Below, piece after piece: positions 1-10,488 of a stretch of DNA of 64,000 nt. The translations under genes were made by a program, and so were the position numbers. Within the stretch, counting starts at the first letter, position 1, and the number at the start of each line of letters is the position of its first letter. The DNA is from Pyrinomonadaceae bacterium (GTDB lineage Bacteria > Acidobacteriota > Blastocatellia > Pyrinomonadales > Pyrinomonadaceae): contig JBHENP010000016.1 in assembly GCA_046261995.1 (NCBI GenBank), positions 9,098 through 73,097 of the forward strand, in the 5' to 3' direction. The notes under the pieces were generated by a model. It made no database searches, had not been told where the DNA came from, and saw nothing but the letters and a program-made list of their open reading frames with translations.

Positions 1-72
1 ACAGATCGTCACTTGTTTATACCTCGAACGGGAAGACGTTAGTTGTCGAAAATACGACTTTCGGGGTTCTGC

Positions 73-792
73 TCAACCGGCTTTGTGTATTAGTGCTTGC
101 TCGGTTCGTCGATCAGACCCGGGCTTAGATGCAGAATGAGCCGACTGGGACTCTATTTCCTCAGATTTGGTCTGTAATTTGTTTAGTTCGCGCCAAGTGT
201 GATACATGCGATGAGCAAAGGTCCAATAGGAACTCACCGCTAAGACCCACAAGACTGCAGGCATTCGGTTAGCAAAAAAGTTGTTTGAGCCTGGGACAGT
301 GCTGAGCGCGCCAATGATGAACAGAACCACCCGCTCCGGGCGCCGAAGGAAACCGACATCGCATTTGGGAATCAGGCTCTCGGCACGCGCGCTGGCGTAG
401 CTTACCATAATTGATCCCATTAGTCCGGCACCCGCGAGAAAAACATTAAGGGTCGAATGGTACTCGGTATTGCGGGCGTAAAAGACCATCAGGCCCACAA
501 ATACAACCATGTCTGAGAGGCGATCCAAAGAAGAATCGAGGAACCCCCCAAACCTCGTGACCCGACCGGAAAGCCGCGCGACCTGACCGTCCAGCATGTC
601 AAACAGGTTAGCAATAATCAGAACTATGCCGGCTGAGAAGAACCTGCCCAGACCGAAAAGGACTCCACAGCCGACGTTCAATGAAACCCCGATAACTGTC
701 AGTATGTTCGGATTGATATGACCGTGGGCCAGCCAGCGCACCATCGCGTCAATAATTCGTTGAGCGCCCCGGCCAATTCCATCGACAAACAT
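73..792 (-). CDS. CDP-alcohol phosphatidyltransferase family protein (phospholipid synthesis)
   Basis: 239-aa ORF with the exact family motif D-x2-D-G-x2-A-R-x8-G-x3-D-x3-D (DMLDGQVARLSGRVTRFGGFLDSSLDRLSD). Several hydrophobic helices. Confidence 0.85.
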   Translation of the reverse strand: MFVDGIGRGAQRIIDAMVRWLAHGHINPNILTVIGVSLNVGCGVLFGLGRFFSAGIVLIIANLFDMLDGQVARLSGRVTRFGGFLDSSLDRLSDMVVFVGLMVFYARNTEYHSTLNVFLAGAGLMGSIMVSYASARAESLIPKCDVGFLRRPERVVLFIIGALSTVPGSNNFFANRMPAVLWVLAVSSYWTFAHRMYHTWRELNKLQTKSEEIESQSAHSASKPGSDRRTEQALIHKAG

Positions 793-952
793 ACTTAAGG
801 GTCTCTCCTGGCAGCCATTATGCCGAAATCATACCGAACCTGACAGGCCTATCGACTTGAGCGGCGGATTCTACGAACCGGCCACTCTCATTGTCAAGAT
901 TTTACCGTCCCCGTTCCCTTCTTGTGCCAGGACATATCAAAACTGGTGCGCT

Positions 953-1477
953 TCAGTCGCTGGGAACTATCCCCCCGGCAGATGTCTCGGAGGACTCCCT
1001 TTCTAGCTTTTCGATCTCCTCATGGAGTGTTGACATCCGCCTGATTTCGAAATTTCTAGCGCCGGCGGGCGTCCGGACGACGACTTCGTCACCCTCGGTC
1101 TTACCCATTAGACTCTTACCCACTGGCGAAGTTGTGGAGATGAGCCCCTGCTGTGGGTCGCTCTCTTCCGGCGTCACCAGCCGGTAAGTTACCTCTTCAT
1201 CACGTTCGGAGTCGAAAAGAACCAGCGTAGAGCCATAGGACGCTTTGTCTCGCGGCACCCGACTAATGTCGATTGAAGCAATTTCACTAATCCGCTGGCG
1301 CAATTCCACGATGCGAGCCTTCACAATGTTTTGCCGGTCAAGGGCCGCGCGAAATTCAGCGTTTTCTCTCAAATCGCCAAATTCAAGTGCGCGTTTAATC
1401 TCCTTGGGAAGGTGCACACGCAGTTCTGACTCCAACTCGTCTAGTTCTCCCTGAAGTTTGTCTTTAATGTCTGTCAA
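953..1477 (-). CDS. greA: transcription elongation factor GreA
   Basis: 174 aa with a TTG start. N-terminal coiled coil (GDLRENAEFRAA) and C-terminal domain (ISTTSPVGKSLMGKTEGDEVVV) typical of GreA/GreB. Confidence 0.9.
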   Translation of the reverse strand: MTDIKDKLQGELDELESELRVHLPKEIKRALEFGDLRENAEFRAALDRQNIVKARIVELRQRISEIASIDISRVPRDKASYGSTLVLFDSERDEEVTYRLVTPEESDPQQGLISTTSPVGKSLMGKTEGDEVVVRTPAGARNFEIRRMSTLHEEIEKLERESSETSAGGIVPSD

Positions 1478-1527
1478 CTACGACTCACTTTCTACGCCCT
1501 CGCATTAAATAGGGGTCTGGTTACACG

Positions 1528-2643
1528 CTATAGAGCCAGGTCCAAACGGTGGTATTTGCTCTCGTCAACCGCGCCGAATGAAATCCCTGTGTCGCGGGCC
1601 GTCCTTACCATCTGACCGCCTGGTGGTACAGTTTTGACATTCGCCACTGCCTCCGAGATAGGAACAGTGATGACGTCACCCGCCTGAAGCGCAACCATGG
1701 TGCCTCGTTTCCCTTCGACCAAAGCTCGAACTGCATGCGCGCCATAGGTGGTTGCCAACATTCGGTCGAACGCATTGGGTCTGCCACCCCGCTGCAAGTG
1801 ACCCAGCACAACACATCGAGTCTCCTTGCCGGTCGCCGTCTCCAGTTGGGTCCGGCAGTATTGCGCTATTCCACCGAGTCGAGGCGCATGTTCCTTGTCC
1901 CCGCTGTCCTGAAAGATTTGCTCATGTCCCGCCTCCACGGCTCCTTCCGCAGCGACAATGATGCTGAAATTCGAGCCGGCGCGATCCCGCGAGCGAACCT
2001 TCTCGGCGACCGATTCCATTGAGAAGGGTAACTCCGGAATCAGGATTACATCCGCGCCTCCGGCAATACCCGAATGAAGGGCAATCCAACCCGCATTTCT
2101 CCCCATCACTTCGAGAATCATGACGCGGTCGTGCGATTCAGCCGTGGTATGTAGTCGATCTAGAGCCTCAGTTGCAATGTCCAAGGCCGTCACAAAACCA
2201 AACGTCAATTCGGTGCAGGCCAGATCATTATCAATTGTTTTGGGGACGCCGACTACTGGAATTCCGAGAAGATCAAACTCAGCCGCAATCGTTAACGTGC
2301 CTTCACCACCGAGAACAACCAGCGCGTCAAGATTCAGCCGAGAGATGTTATTTGTTGCCTCGTCGTAGATCTCCTTCGAGGTTGTGCCCAAACCTATTGT
2401 GTGGTCTACGAATCTGCCGCGATTCCGAGTACCCAGGATAGTTCCTCCGCGTGGCAACAAACCTCGCACGTCAGCCGGGGAAAGTGGGTGAGTTCTTGTT
2501 TCGCCCAGTAACCCTTCAAACCCATCCTCGACTCCCATCACCTTCATGCCAAACCCGGTGGCGGTTTTTACCACGGCACGAATCACGGCATTCAGACCCG
2601 GAGCGTCACCTCCACCAGTTAGGATTCCAATAGTCTTGTACAT
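1528..2643 (-). CDS. pfkA: 6-phosphofructokinase (phosphoryl donor ATP or PPi not assignable)
   Basis: 371 aa with PFK-A motifs GGDAPGLNA, GGEGT, PKTIDNDL and MGRNAG. The start lies 11 nt after the stop of the upstream selenoprotein gene. Confidence 0.92.
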   Translation of the reverse strand: MYKTIGILTGGGDAPGLNAVIRAVVKTATGFGMKVMGVEDGFEGLLGETRTHPLSPADVRGLLPRGGTILGTRNRGRFVDHTIGLGTTSKEIYDEATNNISRLNLDALVVLGGEGTLTIAAEFDLLGIPVVGVPKTIDNDLACTELTFGFVTALDIATEALDRLHTTAESHDRVMILEVMGRNAGWIALHSGIAGGADVILIPELPFSMESVAEKVRSRDRAGSNFSIIVAAEGAVEAGHEQIFQDSGDKEHAPRLGGIAQYCRTQLETATGKETRCVVLGHLQRGGRPNAFDRMLATTYGAHAVRALVEGKRGTMVALQAGDVITVPISEAVANVKTVPPGGQMVRTARDTGISFGAVDESKYHRLDLAL

Positions 2644-2654
2644 GCGACTTGTAA

Positions 2655-3383
2655 TTAATTCCTAACGTGGGGAGGCTCGTGATATTCCCCATAAGCAGGA
2701 TACTCACGCGTAATAATTTGGCCCGGTCTCGTGTTTTCGCCCAGAAGCGTGAGAGCGTCCCGCAGAACCTGACTCTGAAGCTCGCGCATGCCCGGTCCCC
2801 CCATACTATTGCCAATCTTAAACCCCTTCGGATACAGCGCTCGCGGTGGCCGCATCTGCGCGGAAACTTCGGGGCTCACGGTAATTAAGACAGTTGGAAT
2901 TCCTTTCATCTCAATCTCTCGTTGGACCGCTACGACCGTGCGGTGGCAAACATTTGGTCAACCACCGGTCAGTATTACCGCGTCAGCGCGCGAACCTTTA
3001 TCGATCTCATTGGCAATCTCCCGGGCGGTGCCTTCGTACATCGCCTTGAGCTGCATAGTGTAGCCCATATAGCCGATGTGCTTTTTCGAGATGCCTTTAA
3101 TAAACCCCTCGGCTTGCAGATCCCGGAGCACATCAATTGGAAACACGACGTTGATGTCCTTGTCAGCGTCGGTGTGATCATAGTGATGATGGCTGACCTG
3201 GAGCCGGGAGGAATCGACGTCTTCAGGAATGATCCGATAAGTTAAGTCTCCCAACTCGTCGGCGACGTTGAAAGGCTCCTGGTCATTGAGGTGAACCCCG
3301 CCTGCGGTCACGATGGCGACGGTGCTTTTTGAGAGTTCACCCTCAAAGGGCGTGAAAGGAACACACTTTCTGGCAATTGACAT
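2655..3383 (-). CDS. short GrdB-family (glycine/sarcosine/betaine reductase component B-like) selenoprotein, Sec at TGA 2958..2960
   Basis: ORFs 2958..3383 and 2655..2909 share one frame. Only TGA (2958..2960) and 16 sense codons separate them. Read-through gives 242 aa: ...ADAVILTGG-U-PNVCHRTVVAVQREIEMKGIPTVLITV...RPPRALYP. From memory this resembles the roughly 230-250 aa GrdB-like selenoproteins. A hairpin follows the UGA. Confidence 0.8.
2926..2944 (-). promoter_or_regulatory. candidate bacterial SECIS hairpin
   Basis: mRNA positions +17 to +35 from the U of UGA: ACCGCAC-GGUC-GUAGCGGU. This is a 7-bp stem with one bulged A and a GGUC apical loop at +24..+27. Confidence 0.45.
2958..2960 (-). 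other. in-frame UGA, predicted selenocysteine codon
   Basis: Plus-strand tca is TGA on the minus strand. Flanking codons read LTGG before it and PNVCHR after it, in frame. Confidence 0.75.
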
Positions 3384-3470
3384 GGCCGGATACTACGAAG
3401 CTTATGATGCCCGAAAAACAATAACTGATGGCGACCTATTCGTTACGCGCTGCGGTCATAAGCCCTGCGG

Positions 3471-3521
3471 GAACAAAAATGCCAGATGCGAGTTTCCGCA
3501 GCGACCCGACATCTGGCATTT
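3471..3521 (-). terminator. rho-independent terminator candidate after the peroxiredoxin gene
   Basis: On the minus strand, AAATGCCAGATG - 21 nt - CATCTGGCATTT followed by TTGTTC. It starts 8 nt after the stop at 3529. Confidence 0.5.
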
Positions 3522-3528
3522 CCGAATG

Positions 3529-3993
3529 CTATAACTTGCGCAAAACTTCAAACAGCTCCTCGTTGTCAGGCTGATCCGAAATGTCGTGGATGTCTTTAAA
3601 AGCAATCTTGCCTTCTTTGTCCACGATAAAGAGAGCGCGTTCACTTATGCCGTCTTTAGCTCGATAGGCTGCGAACTTTCGTGCCACCTCACCCTTCGGC
3701 TCGAAATCGCTCAAGAGGTCGTAAGAGAGTCCGCCCAGACTCTTAGCCCAGGCAGTATTACAAGGTACGCTATCAACTGAAATGCCCAGTACCTGGGCAT
3801 CGTAGCCTGTAAAGCGTTCGAGGTCGGCCTCGTACGCAGGCATCTGTCCCGTTCAGACGGGCGTCCAGGCCAGCGGGTAAAACGCCAGCACCACATTGTT
3901 CTTGCCGCGGAAATCCGAGAGCTTCACCTTCTTGCCTTTCTCAAGGTTACTCGGCAACTCGAAATCCGGGGCCATGTCTCCAACTTCAGGCAT
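3529..3993 (-). CDS. peroxiredoxin (AhpC/TSA family) with selenocysteine at the peroxidatic position, Sec at TGA 3853..3855
   Basis: The listed ORF 3529..3843 lacks an N-terminus. Reading upstream in frame through TGA gives ATG at 3991..3993, preceded by AAGGAGGG. The 154-aa product is [55 protein letters not shown]... The universal Prx motif P-x3-T-x2-C reads PLAWTPVU. Confidence 0.85.
3814..3841 (-). promoter_or_regulatory. candidate SECIS region (two alternative hairpins)
   Basis: Option 1 at +19..+42: GCG-UA-CGAGG-CCGA-CCUCG-AA-CGC. Option 2 at +15..+29: GCCU-GCGUACG-AGGC. Neither is compelling alone. Confidence 0.3.
3853..3855 (-). other. in-frame UGA, predicted selenocysteine codon (peroxidatic residue)
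   Basis: Plus-strand tca is TGA on the minus strand. It sits exactly where Prx enzymes carry the catalytic Cys. Confidence 0.8.
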
Positions 3994-4039
3994 TTAGAGT
4001 TATCCCTCCTTCTAATGATCGCATCGCAAATTTTGATTT

Positions 4040-4072
4040 GGCTGCGGCACTAAGATAGTTGACGCCGCAGCC
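4040..4072. promoter_or_regulatory. perfect 9-bp inverted repeat in the divergent promoter region
   Basis: GGCTGCGGC - 15 nt - GCCGCAGCC, 47-80 nt upstream of the peroxiredoxin ATG. Confidence 0.3.
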
Positions 4073-4199
4073 GATTTCAAGCGAATACACAAAAAGACAT
4101 TACTTCATGTTGACCCTCTTTGTTCGGTCGCGTAGCATATCCAACACGCTCTCTAACATTTGAAACAGAACACCTTTGCATCCGAAAGGCACCTGAGTT

Positions 4200-4469
4200 T
4201 TGGAAATTGACGACGACGCCAAAGAGATTGTTCGCGAGATAGGAACCGCTATAAATGAGTCGGTAGAAAACTCGTCGAAAGTTGCAGATGCGATTGAGCG
4301 TCTGCGAGACGCGGGTTACGAGATGGAGCTGACGTTGCGCCTGGAGATCGGATTGCGTCCTCACGCCGGTGATGAAGATGGAACTGAAGCGGCGCTTAAT
4401 CTTACCGACGAAGACGTGCAGGTGCTCCAACGTATGAAGATCCGAATCGATCCCGAGGAAAAGATTTAG
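4200..4469 (+). CDS. hypothetical small acidic protein
   Basis: 89-aa ORF with a TTG start and GAAAGG 11 nt upstream. Protein-like composition, followed by a terminator hairpin. The overlapping antisense ORF 4077..4472 looks like an artefact. Confidence 0.5.
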   Translation: MEIDDDAKEIVREIGTAINESVENSSKVADAIERLRDAGYEMELTLRLEIGLRPHAGDEDGTEAALNLTDEDVQVLQRMKIRIDPEEKI

Positions 4470-4490
4470 CATTTGCCATTGCTCTCATAA

Positions 4491-6218
<1,728 letters not shown>

Positions 6219-6248
6219 GGAGAAGACAGGGACAGTGATGAAAAAGAA

Positions 6249-6326
6249 GACGCGGAGAAAGGGGGACGGGGAGACACGGGGATCTGTCGAGCGAGTTGTT
6301 TCCCGGTGTCTCCGGTTCTCCGCGTC
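6249..6326. repeat. large imperfect hairpin between atpD and atpC
   Basis: Outer stem GACGCGGAGAA / TTCTCCGCGTC (11 bp). Inner stem GGAGACACGGGGA / TCCCGGTGTCTCC (about 12 bp with one bulge). Confidence 0.6.
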
Positions 6327-6348
6327 CCCGTGTCTGAACTAATTGAAC

Positions 6349-6765
6349 ATGGCTCAACAACTTCAACTTGAGGTGGTGACACCCGAACGCCGCGTGCTTT
6401 CCGAGGAGGTCGACATGGTAGTCGTCCCCGGACTGGGCGGCGAACTCGGTATTATGCCTGGGCACACACCCTTGATCTCTCAACTTCAGACCGGTGTCCT
6501 TTCTTATAGTCAGGGCGGCCGGACGTCTCAGTTGCACGTTTCAGGCGGGTTTTTAGAGGTAAGGGATGATCACGTATCAGTGTTGGCTGAAATTGCTGAA
6601 CGCCCCGAAGAGATCGATGCGTCTAGTGCCCGATTGGCGCGTGAAAATGTAGAGAAGCGATTGAGTTCATGGACCGGAACGGAAGAAGATCTCGATGAAG
6701 CCCGCATTGAGCTCGATCGCGCGACGGTCCGCCTGCAGCTGGCTACCGGAAAATCCACCAACTAA
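6349..6765 (+). CDS. atpC: F1 ATP synthase epsilon subunit
   Basis: MAQQLQLEVVTPERRVLSEEVDMVVVPGLGGELGIMPGHTPLIS is typical of the epsilon N-terminal beta-sandwich. ATG at 6349; the track TTG at 6343 is also possible. Confidence 0.9.
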   Translation: MAQQLQLEVVTPERRVLSEEVDMVVVPGLGGELGIMPGHTPLISQLQTGVLSYSQGGRTSQLHVSGGFLEVRDDHVSVLAEIAERPEEIDASSARLARENVEKRLSSWTGTEEDLDEARIELDRATVRLQLATGKSTN

Positions 6766-6787
6766 TCAAGGGCCAGGAAGTTCTCTC

Positions 6788-7567
6788 TTAGCCGGACTGT
6801 TGTCGGCTTTGCAGGCTGCCGGCATTGATGGCCGCACGCATTTCCTGCACGGCTCGATCCAGCCCGCTGAAAATTGCCCGCGATACGATGTTGTGACCTA
6901 TGTTGAATTCCGTAATCTCAGAAATTGCGGCAACTGGGCCGACGTTCCTATAGGTCAGACCATGTCCAGCCGCAACCCTTAATCCATACTGCAACGCGAG
7001 CGCGGCTGCCTCTCGCAGCCTTCGCAGTTCCTGGCCTGCACGAAGTGAACCGTCCCCATGAATGGCGCGTCCACCGAGCGTTGTATCGGCATAAACCGAG
7101 GTACATAGCTCCACCTGCTGCGCACCCACACCATGCGCAGCCTCGATCTGCGCGGGATTTGGATCGATGAACAGACTTGCATGAATCTCAGCCTGCCGCA
7201 AGCGCCCCACTGCGGCCCGCACGATTGACATGTTTGTTTTGACGTCCAGTCCGCCTTCCGTAGTTATTTCATTCGGACTCTCAGCCACAAGCGTCACAGC
7301 GTCCGGGCGATGTTCGAGCGCGATTTTCAACATCTCTTCAGTGGCCGCCATTTCCAGGTTCAAATAGGTTGCCACCGCGTCGCGCAACGTTCTCAGATCT
7401 TCATCCTGAATGTGACGTCGATCGCCGCGCAGATGGACCGTAATGCCATCGGCGCCCGCCTGTTCACAAATCATTGCCGCGGCGACGATGCTTGGCTCCG
7501 GCGCACGTCTGGCCTGCCGCACCGTTGCGACGTGGTCGATGTTGACGTTAAGTCTGGCGATCGTCAT
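6788..7567 (-). CDS. pdxJ: pyridoxine 5'-phosphate synthase
   Basis: 259 aa. LNVNIDHVATVRQAR and ITVHLRGDRRHIQD motifs. Confidence 0.93.
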   Translation of the reverse strand: MTIARLNVNIDHVATVRQARRAPEPSIVAAAMICEQAGADGITVHLRGDRRHIQDEDLRTLRDAVATYLNLEMAATEEMLKIALEHRPDAVTLVAESPNEITTEGGLDVKTNMSIVRAAVGRLRQAEIHASLFIDPNPAQIEAAHGVGAQQVELCTSVYADTTLGGRAIHGDGSLRAGQELRRLREAAALALQYGLRVAAGHGLTYRNVGPVAAISEITEFNIGHNIVSRAIFSGLDRAVQEMRAAINAGSLQSRQQSG

Positions 7568-7580
7568 GTTGGGTAGTCTA

Positions 7581-8351
7581 TCACTGAGTCGCGGAATCCC
7601 TGATGGCCCTTAGAGCCTTGTCATAGATTCCCCGGCGCGCCTGTTGTCGAATCAAAGCCACCTCGCCAAGCATCTTCACACTGTCACTTGCCAAGTTTAC
7701 CTTGCTTCCTTCGTAATGATCCCATCGAACCGGGACCTCTCTGAGCCGCAAGCCGGCTCGATAAGCAATGTAGAGGAGTTCTACATCAAAGCCAAAACGG
7801 TCAACTGTCGCGCCTTCAATGATCGGTCGACACACGCTCATCCGAAAGGCTTTGAAGCCGCATTGAGTGTCCCAGAAGGGAAGACCCGTAGCCAGACGTA
7901 CGATAAGATTGAAAACTCGGCCCCCTTGCTCCCGCCGCCAGGGTTGATGTACGCCAATCAGAGTTCGATCCAGCGCGCGAGAGCCGAATGCGATATCACA
8001 TTCATCCCTCAGAATCGGATTTACCAGTTTTGGAGTCTCAGTAATTGGCGTCGAGAGGTCTGCATCGGAAAACAGGGCCACTCTTCCTCGCGAAGCTAGC
8101 AGCCCCAATCTGACTGCGCGTCCTTTTCCAAGATTTGACTGATAGCTAAGCACGGAAGTATGGACTCGGTCCACGGCGGAAAGTATTTGCCTGGCGGCTG
8201 CAGCTGTGTTGTCTGTGGAACCGTCGTCCACAACGATCAGCTCAGACTGAGAGACATTGTCACGGAGGTACTCGAGAATCTTCGGCAACGTCGTACCCAG
8301 GCGCAGAGCTTCGTTGTAGGCCGGGACTACAATGGATAGAGAAACTGACAT
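7581..8351 (-). CDS. family 2 glycosyltransferase (polyprenyl-phosphate glycosyltransferase-like)
   Basis: LSIVVPAYNEA and VVDDGSTDNT motifs, 256 aa. Confidence 0.85.
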   Translation of the reverse strand: MSVSLSIVVPAYNEALRLGTTLPKILEYLRDNVSQSELIVVDDGSTDNTAAAARQILSAVDRVHTSVLSYQSNLGKGRAVRLGLLASRGRVALFSDADLSTPITETPKLVNPILRDECDIAFGSRALDRTLIGVHQPWRREQGGRVFNLIVRLATGLPFWDTQCGFKAFRMSVCRPIIEGATVDRFGFDVELLYIAYRAGLRLREVPVRWDHYEGSKVNLASDSVKMLGEVALIRQQARRGIYDKALRAIRDSATQ

Positions 8352-8441
8352 GTGGATCTCAATATATCATGCCACCAAAAGCCAAATACTCGTCGCAGCT
8401 TGGTGAGCCAGAGTCAAAGAGTGGGGATTCAAGTCCAATAA

Positions 8442-8555
8442 AGAACCGAGAGCGGTAGCGACCGGAGCCAGCACTCAACGCGTCGTAGACCGCAATCAAC
8501 GACCGGAATCAACAGGAATTGAGTTTAGCATCCGGTCGCTACCGCTCTCGGTTCT
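8442..8555. repeat. palindromic element with perfect 25-bp arms
   Basis: AGAACCGAGAGCGGTAGCGACCGGA (8442..8466) is the exact reverse complement of 8531..8555. The spacer is 64 nt. Confidence 0.85.
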
Positions 8556-8757
8556 CTAGTGAGCGACGCCGTGCGGACCTAGGTTTCACGCTGGGCGCCA
8601 CCGCTTCGTCGGTTCTGGTGAGTGACTTCACCTTTGTGACAAATGCATCTAGACCTGAATGCCCAACCCGTCTTCGGGTATAGGCATGGCACTGTGTTAT
8701 ATTTTGTTGTCAACTACCCGTTGTTTAGGAGTAGTGACATCAAAGCACCTAATTGAG

Positions 8758-10467
8758 ATGGCTAAGAGATTCCTCATCATTGCGGGCGTGATCATTCTGA
8801 TTGCGGCCGTTGTGGGCGGCACAATTGGCAGCTCGCGGCGACTGCGGCGCTCGGTCGCGGTGGGCGGTTCGGTCCCTGAGAGGCCTGCCGAGGAAATCGA
8901 AAAGGACTATAACGAAGCGGTCTCGACAATTTCTTCCAGCTACGCCGGGGAGATCGATTACGAGAAGGCTACTCAAGCAGCAGTCCAAGGCATGCTTTCC
9001 ACGCTCGATCCTCACTCGATGTATTTTCCCTACAATGAATTCAGAAAGCTCAAAGAGGATCAAGACTCACGCTTCTACGGTATCGGCGTCACCATAGTGC
9101 AGCATCGTGACGGCGTCTATATTCAGTCCGCCGTGGAAAATACCCCTGCAGCGCGCCTGGGATTGAGATACGGCGATCGTATTCTTGAAGTGGACGGGAA
9201 GGACGCTCGGGATTGGCCGAGCGAGCAGGTTTCAAAACATGTGCGCGGCGGACGCGGCGAACCCGTAACAATCAAGGTGGATCGGGCGGGCTCGGAAGCG
9301 CCGCTTTATTTCACCATTGTGCGAGAGTCGGTGCCGCTACCTTCGATACGCGATGCTTATATGGTTCGTCCAGGCACAGCCTACATTGGTCTGACCCGCG
9401 GATTTCAGCATACCAGCGACGAAGAATTGCGCGAGGCGCTCAACAAACTAAAAGGGCAGGGCATGCGCCAGCTCGTACTCGATCTGCGTGGTAATCCCGG
9501 CGGGTTACTTGATCAAGCGATCGACGTTTCCAGCGAGTTTCTTCCGCGAGGACAGGTGGTAGTGTCCGTGCGGGGCCGGAGTGAGTACAGTGAGCCGCTG
9601 GTTTATAAATCAAGCGGCGCCGAACCGGAAGATGTCCCGCTCGTTGTGCTAATAAACCGGGGCTCGGCGTCGGCATCAGAGATTGTCGCCGGAGCAATCC
9701 AGGATCACGGGCGGGGGTTGATCGTCGGCGAAACCAGCTTTGGCAAGGGTTTAGTCCAAAGGGTCTTCCAGTTGCCGTTCAATACCGGACTCACTCTGAC
9801 AACGGCGCGCTACTACACGCCCTACGGCCGATCGTTGCAGCGCGACTACTCGAGCGGATCGTTTTATGATTACGTCATGAGACAGGACCGGGACGACGGA
9901 CTGCCGCAGCCATCTCCTTCGGTCCCTATTAATCCCACATCGCCGTTAGCGCAGACTTCTCCAACTCCGGTTACGTCAAGTGGCCCCGCGGTAAAAACTG
10001 CAGCCGGCCGGGTATTTTATGGCGGCGGAGGCATCACGCCTGATATCGAGATAAAGCCGCTCAGTTTCACGCCTGTGCGGAACAGAATTGCGGAAGCAGG
10101 ATTTCAGTTTACGCGGCAGCTCGCCGCGGGTCTGCTTCCGGGTCTTGAATCTTATAAGGTTGAAAAGGTCCAGTACGGAAAGAACCCAAAAGCCGGTGAC
10201 TATCCGATTACCGATCGAGTCGTGGACGCTTTTCGAAATTGGGTGCGCACTGATGCACAATCGCAACTGACTCTTGTGCAACTGGATGCGGAGTTGGAAT
10301 TCGTGAAGCTGCGTCTGCGCGAAGAAATCATTACGGCGGGATTTTCCAACGATGCCGGAGCGCGGGTGCTGCTGGACGCTGACCCTCAGCTTTTGCGTGC
10401 TTTGGAAGCACTCCCGGATGCGAAACGACTGGCGGAAATGGTCCGCAGTGGCACGTCCCGAAGTTAA
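8758..10467 (+). CDS. carboxyl-terminal processing (S41) peptidase with PDZ domain
   Basis: N-terminal TM helix (start moved to the ATG at 8758). PDZ region (GIGVTIV...GDRILEVDG), catalytic Ser context RGSASASEIVAGA and Lys context TSFGKG. Confidence 0.9.
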   Translation: MAKRFLIIAGVIILIAAVVGGTIGSSRRLRRSVAVGGSVPERPAEEIEKDYNEAVSTISSSYAGEIDYEKATQAAVQGMLSTLDPHSMYFPYNEFRKLKEDQDSRFYGIGVTIVQHRDGVYIQSAVENTPAARLGLRYGDRILEVDGKDARDWPSEQVSKHVRGGRGEPVTIKVDRAGSEAPLYFTIVRESVPLPSIRDAYMVRPGTAYIGLTRGFQHTSDEELREALNKLKGQGMRQLVLDLRGNPGGLLDQAIDVSSEFLPRGQVVVSVRGRSEYSEPLVYKSSGAEPEDVPLVVLINRGSASASEIVAGAIQDHGRGLIVGETSFGKGLVQRVFQLPFNTGLTLTTARYYTPYGRSLQRDYSSGSFYDYVMRQDRDDGLPQPSPSVPINPTSPLAQTSPTPVTSSGPAVKTAAGRVFYGGGGITPDIEIKPLSFTPVRNRIAEAGFQFTRQLAAGLLPGLESYKVEKVQYGKNPKAGDYPITDRVVDAFRNWVRTDAQSQLTLVQLDAELEFVKLRLREEIITAGFSNDAGARVLLDADPQLLRALEALPDAKRLAEMVRSGTSRS

Positions 10468-10488
10468 TGTTCCTGACAGGGGACTTCG

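Noticed and set aside
8423-8436. GGGGATTCAAGTCC, resembling a tRNA T-arm
   Set aside because: There is no complementary T-stem 3' half, acceptor stem or anticodon arm around it. I recognised no tRNA anywhere in the window on either strand.
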